Assembly: GCA_965214735.1 (NCBI GenBank)
Contig: OZ243977.1
Location: 1,621,801-1,685,800 of the forward strand
From: Dehalococcoidia bacterium
GTDB lineage: Bacteria; Chloroflexota; Dehalococcoidia; Lucifugimonadales; Lucifugimonadaceae
Direction: 5' to 3'
Length of the DNA stretch: 64,000 nt
Within the stretch, counting starts at the first letter, position 1. The number at the start of each line of letters is the position of its first letter. Positions 25,447-34,686 of the stretch are shown here, piece by piece. A program made the translations under genes and the position numbers. The notes below the pieces were generated by a model that was not told where the DNA came from, did not search any database, and saw nothing but the letters and a program-made list of their open reading frames with translations.

Positions 25447-26126
25447 GCAGGCGGCACGAAGCCGTTGAGGTGGGTGATGTCGTTCCAGCGGTCGATCTGC
25501 CAGCCGTCATCCCGCCAAGTGGGTTCATCGATTACGGAGCTGATGCCAGTGTTGTCGGTCTTCAGTCGCCACTTGTCTTCGAGCCGCATCTTACAGATGT
25601 ATGCCGCGGCGGCTTTTATCGAGCCGCCGTGGCTGAAGATCAGGATGTTGGCGTCTGCGTCGTGGCTTCGAGCGACCTCGTCGGTGAAGTTGGCGACTCT
25701 CCGCATGTGCTCGCGGTCCGTCTCCCCGCCCGGGAATCTGACGTCGGAGCCGACTTCGGGGTCCAAGAGCTTCTGGAACACCTCGGGGTGTTGCGTCAGA
25801 AGTTCGTTCCAGGCGAGATTTTCGCATTCACCGTAGAACTTCTCTCTAAGGTCGGGGGTCGTTTCGATCTTCATCTCGGATCGTAGTTTTAGAAGGGGTT
25901 CTGCAGTTTGGATAGTGCGAGAGGAATCGCTTGAGTAGACGGTGTCTATTCGCCAGTTTTCGAGTCTTTTGGCTAGGAGTCGTGCCTGTGCCCTGCCCTG
26001 TTCGTTCAGAGGTTCATCGTAGTGGCCCTGCGCGAGACCCTCAGCGTTGCCGTCAGTCTCGCCGTGGCGAATCATGAATAGAGTAGTCAAAGGCTGGCCA
26101 TCCCGAGTTCCATGTGATCGACTCAA
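25431..26126 (-). CDS. histidine phosphatase (phosphoglycerate mutase-like) family protein, paralogue
   Basis: MIRHGETDGN (RHG motif) and FSHGGSI. It overlaps the downstream paralogue by 16 nt. Confidence 0.8.
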   Translation of the reverse strand: MSRSHGTRDGQPLTTLFMIRHGETDGNAEGLAQGHYDEPLNEQGRAQARLLAKRLENWRIDTVYSSDSSRTIQTAEPLLKLRSEMKIETTPDLREKFYGECENLAWNELLTQHPEVFQKLLDPEVGSDVRFPGGETDREHMRRVANFTDEVARSHDADANILIFSHGGSIKAAAAYICKMRLEDKWRLKTDNTGISSVIDEPTWRDDGWQIDRWNDITHLNGFVPPAWNYR

Positions 26127-26209
26127 TGGTACTGCGCCGAATGTGAGGCGTGGTTAACGCGATGGTTTGGCACCCTCTTATTCTGTTATCCTTTACGTAA
26201 CACGTAACA

Positions 26210-26491
26210 ATGATTCGAGGATTCAAAGATCGAAGCACAAGGCGGTTTTACGAGGGTCATCGAATACTCGGCTTTCAGCGTTTCGAGAATCAAGCGGTGC
26301 GTCGGCTCACGGTTTTAGACAATGCGAGTTCGCTGCAAGATTTGGCAGGGTTGCCGAGGAATCGGTTGGAGTCGCTTTCAGGAGACCGCGCTGGCCAGCA
26401 CAGCATAAGGATCAATCGTCGATGGCGCATCTGTTTCATCTGGAGCAGCGATGGCACTTACGATGTCGAGATCGTCGATTATCACGGATGA
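26210..26491 (+). CDS. higB: HigB-type toxin (RelE/ParE superfamily, plasmid maintenance system killer)
   Basis: The 93-aa product MIRGFKDRSTRRFYEG...GDRAGQHSIRINRRWRICFIWSSDGTYDVEIVDYH is classic HigB. Confidence 0.85.
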   Translation: MIRGFKDRSTRRFYEGHRILGFQRFENQAVRRLTVLDNASSLQDLAGLPRNRLESLSGDRAGQHSIRINRRWRICFIWSSDGTYDVEIVDYHG

Positions 26492-26501
26492 AGAGTTTGA
26501 G

Positions 26502-26813
26502 ATGAGCATCAGTAATCGCATGAGGCCTGTTCACCCAGGTGAGGTATTGGGTGAGGAACTTGAGACGCTTGGGATTTCAGCCCGAGCGCTGGCTCAAGAG
26601 CTAGGCGTCCCAACCAACCGCATCACATCCATCCTCAATGGTCAGCGCGGAGTGACTGCCGACACAGCTCTAAGGTTGTCCCGCTACCTTGGGACAACCC
26701 CGCAACTCTGGCTCAACCTGCAAAAATCCTTCGAACTTCGCGTTGTGGAGATCGAATTCGGCAACGATATCGCGAGGCAAGTGCAACCGAGGAGCCCCGC
26801 AACTCATCTGTAG
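26502..26813 (+). CDS. higA: HigA-type antitoxin (XRE-family HTH)
   Basis: MRPVHPGEVLGEELETLGISARALAQELGVPTNRITSILNGQRGVTADTALRLSRYLGTTPQLWLNLQ. The start was chosen 10 nt after the higB stop. The ORF maximum starts at 26451. Confidence 0.85.
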   Translation: MSISNRMRPVHPGEVLGEELETLGISARALAQELGVPTNRITSILNGQRGVTADTALRLSRYLGTTPQLWLNLQKSFELRVVEIEFGNDIARQVQPRSPATHL

Positions 26814-26824
26814 CGGTGTCCTAT

Positions 26825-27598
26825 TCACTCGCCGGGATACTGCTCGCGGATCTCGGCGAAGAGCTTGACCATCGGCTGGCATCCCAGCGAGAGAGGGCTG
26901 GAGACGTTCATCATGGTGTATCCCTCTCCGATCCATCGTCGGCAGACTTCAGGGTCTTGGAAGGTCGTGGCTAGGAACTTGCCGGTGCCTTTGATCCGCT
27001 GTGCGACGTCAGCCATGATCTGTTCGACTCTGTCGTGGTGTATCTGGCCTGGTATTCCGAGCGTGGCGGAGAGGTCTGTCGGACCGACGAGTAGAACTTC
27101 AAAGCCGTCGATTTCCAGTGTGTCGTCCAGTTTTTCGTATGCCTCGGTACTCTCCATCTGGATGATTAGCAATGTCTCATCGTTTGCGTGTTTAAGTACA
27201 TCGTCTTGGGTGATGTTCATCATTGATGCGAACCAAGGTGCGATTCCGCGCTCTCCCATAGGCGGGTATTTGGCGTATCTCACTGCTTCGGCTGTCTCTT
27301 CGGGGTTATCGACTTGGGGTACCATCACGCCGACTGCACCGACGTCGTATGCCTTTTTGATGTGGCCGGGGTCGTTCCATGGAACTCGGATTACGGGTGC
27401 GCAGCCGGCGATGCGTCCTTGGACGCAGATGGTTCCGATGCTCTCGGTTCCCCAGGGGCTGTGCTCTTGATCGATCCAGACCCAGTCGGGGCCGACGTTG
27501 TACACGGCGTGCGCCACATGAGGTTCACGTGAGAACATGGATGTTCCCAGCACGGCTCCGCCTTTGGCGAGTTTCGATCTGATGTCGCTCGGATACAT
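26825..27598 (-). CDS. HpcH/HpaI family aldolase (2-keto-3-deoxy-acid aldolase type)
   Basis: VWIDQEHSPW, VIRVPWNDPGHIKKAYDVGAVGVMVPQV, YPPMGERG, IIQMES...VGPTDLS. Confidence 0.8.
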   Translation of the reverse strand: MYPSDIRSKLAKGGAVLGTSMFSREPHVAHAVYNVGPDWVWIDQEHSPWGTESIGTICVQGRIAGCAPVIRVPWNDPGHIKKAYDVGAVGVMVPQVDNPEETAEAVRYAKYPPMGERGIAPWFASMMNITQDDVLKHANDETLLIIQMESTEAYEKLDDTLEIDGFEVLLVGPTDLSATLGIPGQIHHDRVEQIMADVAQRIKGTGKFLATTFQDPEVCRRWIGEGYTMMNVSSPLSLGCQPMVKLFAEIREQYPGE

Positions 27599-27755
27599 CT
27601 CTTTTCCGTTCCAGTTAAAGGTTCGCTTCGTACGCGTCGCCGCGTCTCAAGGCATGTTATCAGCACGACGCTCAGATGATGCTGCCCGATGCCAGTTGCC
27701 GATGTGGTGATAGCGTTGAATGGAAACCAGAGAACGGGCTCTACGGAGAGATGGA

Positions 27756-28070
27756 ATGATAGTCGTCACCACCAACGAAGTGCAAGGCAGAAGAATCGAC
27801 GAAGTGCTGGGACTGGTTCGCGGCAACGCGGTACGAGCCAGAGGCATCGGCTATGACATAACCGCCATGCTCAAGAACATCAAGGGCGGCAGCGTATCTG
27901 AATATACGCGCCTGTTGAAGGACACTCGCGAGGAAGCGACGCAGGAGATGATCGATGCGGCGGCACAACTCGGGGCGGATGCGATAGTGACTACGAGATA
28001 CACGACATCTTCGGTCGGTCAAGGATTCTCGGAGATACTAGCATATGGCACCGCGGTTAAGCTGAAGTAG
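27756..28070 (+). CDS. YbjQ/UPF0145 family protein
   Basis: MIVVTTNEVQGRRIDEVLGLVRGNAVRARG...GADAIVTTRYTTS...AYGTAVKLK. GGAGAG RBS. The ORF maximum starts at 27720. Confidence 0.8.
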   Translation: MIVVTTNEVQGRRIDEVLGLVRGNAVRARGIGYDITAMLKNIKGGSVSEYTRLLKDTREEATQEMIDAAAQLGADAIVTTRYTTSSVGQGFSEILAYGTAVKLK

Positions 28071-28105
28071 AGACTTGAGAAGATCGCGTTAACTGGAGGT
28101 ATGTC

Positions 28106-28420
28106 ATGGTTACACGGAACAATGGTCGACCGATGGATCTCTCGACCACGGATTTCATCGCGGGGCGAGAGATCGATAGTAATGTGGGTTTAGTCGTGAG
28201 CGCGGAGAAGCTCGGGCGCGGCGGGACATCGAATGTAGAGGAGACGACTGAAGAGGCCGTGGGACTTCTGATTGAGACGGCACAGAGTGCTGGCGCGGAT
28301 GCCATTATCGGATTGAAGATAAAGGCGATTCAACCGACTTCGGAGCACGCTGATCAACACTACAGCATTCTTTGCTACGGCACGGCGGTGAAGTTGAAGT
28401 TGCGGACGCGCTCTGACTGA
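28106..28420 (+). CDS. divergent YbjQ-like protein (tandem paralogue)
   Basis: FIAGREIDSNVGLVVS...GADAIIGLKIKA...CYGTAVKLK parallels the upstream gene. Confidence 0.6.
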   Translation: MVTRNNGRPMDLSTTDFIAGREIDSNVGLVVSAEKLGRGGTSNVEETTEEAVGLLIETAQSAGADAIIGLKIKAIQPTSEHADQHYSILCYGTAVKLKLRTRSD

Positions 28421-28512
28421 CCAGATCTCGAGCTGGGCAAAAGTCTTCGTAGCGAGGTTAGTGCATGTGTACGTGAGTACTACCCTGGGGAGGCGTGTGG
28501 GGTTCAACAGGT

Positions 28513-29871
28513 TTATCGCGAACGTAGAGGCTTTGCAGGTGCCTCTGGTAAGGGAGATACGCCATTATCGGCGCGTCGGGCAGATATTCCGACTCCTTGG
28601 TAGTTGAAGCCTAGCTTTTGCATTTTGTCGGGGTCGAGAGCATTCCTGCCGTCGAAGATGAACTTGGGTGGAAGCATCTGTTCTACGGCTGATTTCCAGT
28701 TAGATTGAATGATCTGGTTCCATTCCGTCATGAGTACCAATGCATGCGCGCCTTCTGCCGCTTGAGCGACTCCGTCGGTGAAGTTGATGCTTGAAGGCAG
28801 TCTGGCACTTGCGTTGCGAGTGGCTTGTGGATCGAAGGTATTCACTCGCGCTCCTCTATCGACTAAGATTCGTATGAGGTCGATGGAAGGTGCGTCTCTA
28901 ACGTCGTCGGTGCCGGGTTTGAACGCCAACCCGAGCACTCCGATGGTTAGTCCATCCAAGGTGCCTCCGAACTGTTTCTGGAGGGCATGCAGCGGGAGCA
29001 GGCGTTGTTGATTGTTGGTGTTTATCACGGATCTCAGCAGGTTTAAGTTGGCACCGTTGATCATTCCCAGATGATCGAGTGCTCTTACATCTTTAGGGAA
29101 GCATGATCCACCGTATCCTACGCCGGCGTGGATTCTGGTGCCGGTCCTGGAATCCATGGCTAGACCTCTGCTAACTTGGTCGATGGATGCGCCGATCAAA
29201 TCGCATAGAGATGCGATTTCGTTGATGAACGATATTCGAGTGGCGAGAAATGCGTTGCTGGCGTACTTGATCATCTCTGCGCTGGTGATGTCGGTGACCA
29301 TGTATGGGGCTTCGATGCCTCTATGCATCTCGCTGAGTGCTTCTAGGACTTCTCGATCGTTTGTCTCGGCTCCTACGACGATGCGGTCGGGATGTTCCCA
29401 ATCTTGTCTCGCCTTTCCGGCCCTGAGGAATTCGGGATTGGAGGCGTACTTTATTCCAGCGCCTGCGAGTTCTTGTTCCGCGATTCGCATGCCGGTTCCA
29501 GGCGGCACTGTGCTTTTCATGACGACTACCAAGTCGCGTGGATTCATGGACTTGATCCAAGCGATAGCGGACCTGACTTGTCGCAGGTCTGCGGCGCCGT
29601 CTCTTGTGGGCGGCGTGCCGGTGGCGATGAGGGCGATGTCGCCCAATGTTTCATCTACGTCGTCGCGATGTTTGAATCGGAGAGTGTTCTTCTCCAACGC
29701 GGTGGTCAGCCAATCCTGCAGGCCGGGTTCGTATATCGGGACTTCGCCTGTTTTCAGGGTTTGGATGCGATCTGGATCGATATCTATCGCCAGTACATCA
29801 TGTCCGACGTTGGCGAGTCCGGTCGCTGCGACGACCCCGACGTATCCGAGTCCGATGACGGCAATCTTCAT
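28513..29871 (-). CDS. ugd: UDP-glucose 6-dehydrogenase
   Basis: MKIAVIGLGYVGVV, NPEFLR, catalytic GGSCFPKD and AFKPGTDDVRDAP. Confidence 0.9.
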   Translation of the reverse strand: MKIAVIGLGYVGVVAATGLANVGHDVLAIDIDPDRIQTLKTGEVPIYEPGLQDWLTTALEKNTLRFKHRDDVDETLGDIALIATGTPPTRDGAADLRQVRSAIAWIKSMNPRDLVVVMKSTVPPGTGMRIAEQELAGAGIKYASNPEFLRAGKARQDWEHPDRIVVGAETNDREVLEALSEMHRGIEAPYMVTDITSAEMIKYASNAFLATRISFINEIASLCDLIGASIDQVSRGLAMDSRTGTRIHAGVGYGGSCFPKDVRALDHLGMINGANLNLLRSVINTNNQQRLLPLHALQKQFGGTLDGLTIGVLGLAFKPGTDDVRDAPSIDLIRILVDRGARVNTFDPQATRNASARLPSSINFTDGVAQAAEGAHALVLMTEWNQIIQSNWKSAVEQMLPPKFIFDGRNALDPDKMQKLGFNYQGVGISARRADNGVSPLPEAPAKPLRSR

Positions 29872-30304
29872 GCTGGCTGCCGCTCCTGCTCAGCTGCTCG
29901 GGAACTGCGGGCTCGTGTGCCTTTAGTCACGTCAATGGATGTGCCGTGACATAGCTCAATGGGAGTATGGGGCGAATCGACCATAGGAGGATAGCTTAAG
30001 GGCAGGAGTTTGGGAATGATTTCTGCTGGTTTTGGCACTTCTGCAATCTTTGGGAATTCTCCACAGTACCATTATGTGATAGGTAGTCCACTTTCCCAAG
30101 ATATCGTGCCAAGCTTCAGGAATCGGCTAACGATGATGACTGATTCTTTGCGCCGATCATGGGTGATTCCGTCTTGTCTGGACCTGTAGCCATTGATTCG
30201 CGGCTCATAGTTTTCGGCTGGTGGTTGTGTTTGCTTAGAGTGGCTTACCTGTATGGTTATGGTGTTGATAGAGTTTCTCGCAAGTTTGGAGCAGGAGCAG
30301 GTAG

Positions 30305-31036
30305 ATGGTTAGGGAAAACCGAGTGATTAATGCGATGAAGAAGGGGCGGAAGGCGCTGGGCTACCAGATGACTTTCCCATCGGTCTGGGATGTCGAGATA
30401 CTTGGTAGGTTAGATTTCGACTATGTTTGGCTGGATGGAGAGCATGGCCCGTTCGGCTACACGGAGCTGGAGGAGATGGTAAGAGCGGTGGAGGCGGCTG
30501 GTGCGACTGCCGTGGCGCGTGTGGAGAACGTCGAAGCTTCCCATATTTTGCAGTATCTGGACCGTGGTGTCCAAGGCATCATGGGTCCTCATATAGCGAG
30601 CGGCGAGGATGCTGAGAAGCTTGTGGATGCTTGTTACTTCGGGCCTATGGGGCATCGTTCCTTCGGAGGCAATCGCGGGACGAACTACTCGTTCACTCCG
30701 GACGCCTGGGGCGACAAGCGCGACTTCTACTCGCAAGCAAACGAGAACATGCTGGTGGGCGCGCTGCTGGAGGATCAAGGCTCCATCGACAACATCGACG
30801 ACATCTTGGCGGTGGAGGGCATTCACTACTTCGGCATCGGGATGAACGATTTCGCGCAAGGGATCGGCTATCCGGGTGAGCCTGAGCATCCAGACGTAGT
30901 GAAGGCGGCGGATGAGCTATCGTCGTACATCCGCGGCAAGGGGAGGTATATGAGCGGGGACATAATGAGCTCGATCTGGATTCACGAGCTGCTGTTGAAC
31001 TCCGCGGAGGAGTTCATGCGGGAGAATGTCGGCTGA
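30305..31036 (+). CDS. HpcH/HpaI family aldolase
   Basis: VWLDGEHGPF, VARVENVEASHILQYLDRGVQGIMGPHI, GHRSFGG, GMNDFAQ. Confidence 0.8.
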   Translation: MVRENRVINAMKKGRKALGYQMTFPSVWDVEILGRLDFDYVWLDGEHGPFGYTELEEMVRAVEAAGATAVARVENVEASHILQYLDRGVQGIMGPHIASGEDAEKLVDACYFGPMGHRSFGGNRGTNYSFTPDAWGDKRDFYSQANENMLVGALLEDQGSIDNIDDILAVEGIHYFGIGMNDFAQGIGYPGEPEHPDVVKAADELSSYIRGKGRYMSGDIMSSIWIHELLLNSAEEFMRENVG

Positions 31037-32510
31037 AGTTTTGGTGTCTAACGCGGCTGAAATTAGTGAAGAGCTGATCGGCGAGCTTGTCCATATAGTG
31101 GGCGAGGAGTATGTGATTTGGCGATCAGATGATCTGATTCTGTATGAGTACGACGGATCTATCGATCGTTCGGCTCCGGCGGCGGTCGTTCTGCCGGGCA
31201 ACGCTGATGAGTTGGCGAAGTGCGTTAAGGCTACGAACAGGCACGATGCGTACATCGTCCCTCGCGGGGCCGGAACGGGGCTGAGCGGCGGTGCGGTTCC
31301 GCTTCACGGCTCGGTCGTGATGCCGGTGACGCGGCTCAACCACGTGTTGGAAGTGGATGTCGAGAATAGAGTGGCGATTGTCGAGCCGGGTTTAGTCAAC
31401 ATCGAGCTTTCGCAGTCGGTTGCGCGTTACGGGTTGTACTACGCACCTGATCCTTCATCTCAGAAGGCTTGCACCATCGGGGGTAACGTGGCGGAGAACG
31501 CAGGTGGTCCGCACTGCTTGGCGCTTGGAGTGACGACGAACCATGTATTGGGTATCGAAGTGGTGTTGGCGGATGGTGAACGCGTCTGGCTGGGCGGCGA
31601 GACTCGAGAAGGTTTCGGCTACGACCTGAGAGGGGCTTTCATCGGGTCTGAGGGTACGTTGGGTATCGTCACGAAGGTAGCTGTGCGCCTGATGAAGAAG
31701 CCGGAGGCGGTTCGCACGATGCTTGCGGCATTTCGCTCGCTGGATGATGCTTCGCAGACGGTATCGGACATCATAGCCGCCGGCATGGTTCCGTCTGCTC
31801 TCGAGATGATGGATCGAGTGACGATAGACGCCTGCGAGCCGGTTTATCATCCCGGTTATCCTGACGATGCGGAAGCTGTTCTGATCGTGGAACTCGATGG
31901 TCTGCGCGAATCGGTGGATGAAGATTCGGAGCGGGTTCGAAGCATCTGCGGCAGTAATGGTGCATCTGAGATTCGCGAGGCTGAGGATGAGGGTAAGCGC
32001 GCCGAGTTGTGGGCTACTCGCAAGGGTGCGATAGGCGCTTTCGGGACGATTGCGCCGAACTACTACTTAGTGGACGGGGTGGTGCCTCGGACAAAGCTTC
32101 GCGATGTGATGCGTCAGGTTAGGGAGATAGGTGAGGAGCTGGGATTGACGATAGGCAACGTTTTCCACGCCGGCGATGGCAATCTTCACCCGTGCATCTT
32201 GTTCGACGGTCGGGATCGTGCCCAAGTGCGAAGAGTGATCGAGTGTGGCGAGCGGATACTGGAAGCGTGTATCGATGCGGGCGGCGCGTTGAGCGGTGAG
32301 CACGGTATCGGGATCGAGAAGCAAGCTTATATGCCGTTGGTGTTTACTGCCGAAGATTTGGCGACGATGGCGAAGCTTCGACCGGCGTTCGGCGCCGGAG
32401 AGCGATTCAATCCGGGCAAGGTGTTTCCCGGGGGTGCCGTGCACGGCGGCGCGTACGGGATATCGGAGGATTCTTTCCGCCCTACTAGCGGTGCGCTTCA
32501 GGCGGTGTGA
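31026..32510 (+). CDS. glcD: FAD-linked oxidase, glycolate oxidase subunit GlcD-like
   Basis: PRGAGTGLSGGAVP, GGNVAENAGGPHC, HAGDGNLHP, GGALSGEHGIG. Confidence 0.85.
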   Translation: MSAEVLVSNAAEISEELIGELVHIVGEEYVIWRSDDLILYEYDGSIDRSAPAAVVLPGNADELAKCVKATNRHDAYIVPRGAGTGLSGGAVPLHGSVVMPVTRLNHVLEVDVENRVAIVEPGLVNIELSQSVARYGLYYAPDPSSQKACTIGGNVAENAGGPHCLALGVTTNHVLGIEVVLADGERVWLGGETREGFGYDLRGAFIGSEGTLGIVTKVAVRLMKKPEAVRTMLAAFRSLDDASQTVSDIIAAGMVPSALEMMDRVTIDACEPVYHPGYPDDAEAVLIVELDGLRESVDEDSERVRSICGSNGASEIREAEDEGKRAELWATRKGAIGAFGTIAPNYYLVDGVVPRTKLRDVMRQVREIGEELGLTIGNVFHAGDGNLHPCILFDGRDRAQVRRVIECGERILEACIDAGGALSGEHGIGIEKQAYMPLVFTAEDLATMAKLRPAFGAGERFNPGKVFPGGAVHGGAYGISEDSFRPTSGALQAV

Positions 32511-32680
32511 GTGACGTGAAAGCATGAACGTCGATGTAAGGCGTAGGCAAGTTTTTCAGGTTGCGCGTGGCTGAATCGAGTTCATGGCGAGGTGTGAGTT
32601 GGTTTGTGCGGACCTAGTCTCCGGCTTCATGTAAAGCGCTGGGGGATAGGCGCATCGGATGCGTTTTCCTTCTCTATGAA

Positions 32681-32708
32681 GTTCCCGCGCCCGCGGGAAT
32701 GGCGTGGG
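32681..32708. repeat. small palindromic REP-like element, copy 1
   Basis: GTTCCCGCGCCCGCGGGAATGGCGTGGG, with stem TTCCCGCG/CGCGGGAA. It lies downstream of glcD. A related copy is at 41492-41518. Confidence 0.6.
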
Positions 32709-32811
32709 AGTATGAAGATTCTGTAGATGGCTTACACTTGGTAGCGGACGGTTGGGGCTGGTTACTATTATGGTGGTGATGGTTTTTTCTAGGGCGTGTT
32801 AACACTAGCGT

Positions 32812-33594
32812 GTGGATCTGTGCTACGCTTTCCGCATGGAAATCACAGAATCTCAATACGAACGCATAGCTCCGTACCTGCCTGTGCAGCGCGGCAACGT
32901 CAGCGTCCCGAACCTCCAGGTTCTGAACGCGATCCTGTATGTGGCCGAGCACGGCTGCAAGTGGCGCGGGCTGCCGGCCCGGTTCGGCAACTGGCACACG
33001 ATCTATACCCGCATGAACCGCTGGTCGAAGAAGGGGGTTCTAGACCGGGTGTTCGAACACCTTCAGAGAGAACAGATAGTGCGTGTCAAGCTGGAGGCGG
33101 TCTCTTTGGACAGCACCATCGTCAAGGTGCATCCGGACGGGACGGGGGCCTTAAAAAAAAACGGACCCCAGTCGATCGGGAAGTCCCGGGGCGGTTGGAC
33201 CACCAAGATTCATATGGCTGCCGCGGATGCTCGGACGGCCGTGACGTTCTCCCTGTCGCCGGGACAGGCGCACGACGCGCCGGAGGGTCGCCGGCTGCTC
33301 GAACGCCTCGGCCCGCAGCTCGGAAGCCCGCGGCTGCTGATGGATCGGGCATACGAGGGCGACGAGAGCCGCCAGCTGGCGCTGGACCTGGGCTTCGTCC
33401 CCGTGGTTCCGCCGCGCCGGAGCCGGATCGATCCGTGGGAGTACGACCGCGAGATGTACAAGCGGCGCAACGAGATCGAGCGGCTGTTCCGCCGGCTGAA
33501 GGGCTTCCGACGCATCTTCTCACGCTTCGAGAAGCTGGACGTGATCTTCACCGGGTTCATCATGTTCGCACTCATAACAGAGACATTGCGCTAG
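32812..33594 (+). CDS. IS5-family transposase, single fused 260-aa ORF
   Basis: It is continuous across the A9 run (33153-33161): ...HPDGTGALKKNGPQSIGKSRGGWTTKIH... This equals the predicted frameshift product of copies 1 and 2. Confidence 0.9.
   Translation: MDLCYAFRMEITESQYERIAPYLPVQRGNVSVPNLQVLNAILYVAEHGCKWRGLPARFGNWHTIYTRMNRWSKKGVLDRVFEHLQREQIVRVKLEAVSLDSTIVKVHPDGTGALKKNGPQSIGKSRGGWTTKIHMAAADARTAVTFSLSPGQAHDAPEGRRLLERLGPQLGSPRLLMDRAYEGDESRQLALDLGFVPVVPPRRSRIDPWEYDREMYKRRNEIERLFRRLKGFRRIFSRFEKLDVIFTGFIMFALITETLR
33153..33161 (+). other. A9 run (one extra A relative to copies 1 and 2) that fuses orfA and orfB
   Basis: Counted directly: 8 a at 33153-33160 plus an a at 33161. Confidence 0.9.
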
Positions 33595-33645
33595 TGTTAA
33601 CACGCCCTAGATGACTGTCGGGAGGCTGCTATTCCTATTGGATAT

Positions 33646-34686
33646 GTGAAACTGGGACGGACCGGGGTCAAGGTGTCGAATCTGTGCCTTGGTTCTGATA
33701 ACTTCGGCAACCCGTTCGGTTGCGACGAGGCGACGTCTCACCGCATCATGAGCGCGGCGTTCGATGCGGGTATCAACTTTCTGGACACTTCAGACTCTTA
33801 CTCGATCGGCGATTCGGAGCGGGTGATCGGGAACTACTTCCGCGCTACCGCGAGAAGAGACCAAGTGGTGTTGGCGACGAAGTACCGCTCACGGGTGGGC
33901 GATGGAGTGAATGATATCGGTGCTTCCAGATACCACATCGTGAGGACGGTAGAAGCATCGCTCAAGAGACTGAAGACGGATCGGATCGATCTGCTCTACT
34001 GCCACTCTTGGGATGCTGAGACTCCCGTCGAGGAGACTCTTCGTGCTGTTGACGATCTGATTCATCAAGGCAAGGTGGTTTACGCCGGGGCGTCGAACTT
34101 CCCGACTTGGGTATTGGCATCGGGGCTATGGGTTTCTGATGTTCGGAATCTTTATCGGTTCGAGGCGATTCAGAGCGTGTTCAACATCTTGCAGCCGGGG
34201 TTGGGCAAGGAGATGATTCCGTTCGCCCATAAGCACGGCGTGGCGGTAGTGCCTTACAGCCCGTTGGCGAGTGGACTGCTGACCGGCAAGCACTCGGGAT
34301 CGTATCTCGAGGACTCGAAGTTCGGTGATCGTGACGATTCTCGTGGCGGCACTTTGAAGCGTCGTTACGGGGACGATCTACGACACAAGACCGTGGAACG
34401 GCTGAAGTCAGTGGCAGATAAGTATGACGAGCCGATGATCAGGCTCGCTTTGCAGTGGGTGGCCGACACTCCGGGCGTGACCGCGCCTATATTCGGGGCG
34501 CGTCGCATGGATCAGTTGGATGGGATATTGGATGCTTGGAGCGTGCGTGCGTCTGAAGATGCCATGGCGGAGGTTCGCGTGATAGCGGATGATTTCGCGT
34601 CTGGGTCGCCGATGAACTACCCGCCGATTTCGGGGGATGCCTTCGGGACAGTCCCTCAAGCGACGGGGGGAGGGATACGGATATGA
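33646..34686 (+). CDS. aldo/keto reductase
   Basis: (GTG)KLGRTGVKVSNLCLGSDNFG...GINFLDTSDSY...DLLYCHSWD...GASNF. Confidence 0.85.
   Translation: MKLGRTGVKVSNLCLGSDNFGNPFGCDEATSHRIMSAAFDAGINFLDTSDSYSIGDSERVIGNYFRATARRDQVVLATKYRSRVGDGVNDIGASRYHIVRTVEASLKRLKTDRIDLLYCHSWDAETPVEETLRAVDDLIHQGKVVYAGASNFPTWVLASGLWVSDVRNLYRFEAIQSVFNILQPGLGKEMIPFAHKHGVAVVPYSPLASGLLTGKHSGSYLEDSKFGDRDDSRGGTLKRRYGDDLRHKTVERLKSVADKYDEPMIRLALQWVADTPGVTAPIFGARRMDQLDGILDAWSVRASEDAMAEVRVIADDFASGSPMNYPPISGDAFGTVPQATGGGIRI

Larger units (their letters stand above)
32789..33610 (+). mobile_element. IS5-family (IS427/IS1031-like) insertion sequence, copy 3 (822 bp, A9 version)
   Basis: The ends are CTAG-GGCGTGTTAACACTAGCG ... 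CGCTAGTGTTAACACGCC-CTAG, an 18-bp perfect IR. It has the same orientation as copy 2. Confidence 0.9.

Noticed and set aside
29138-29926. 262-aa plus-strand ORF
   Set aside because: It is antisense to the clearly identified UDP-glucose 6-dehydrogenase gene and has a Ser/Ala/Arg-rich shadow composition.
32796-33614. 272-aa ORF in IS copy 3 (and the N-terminal part of 16963-17766 in copy 2)
   Set aside because: It is an Arg/Pro/Gly-rich alternative frame of the transposase gene. Only the part of that frame downstream of the A-run is real coding sequence (OrfB), and only in the A8 copies.
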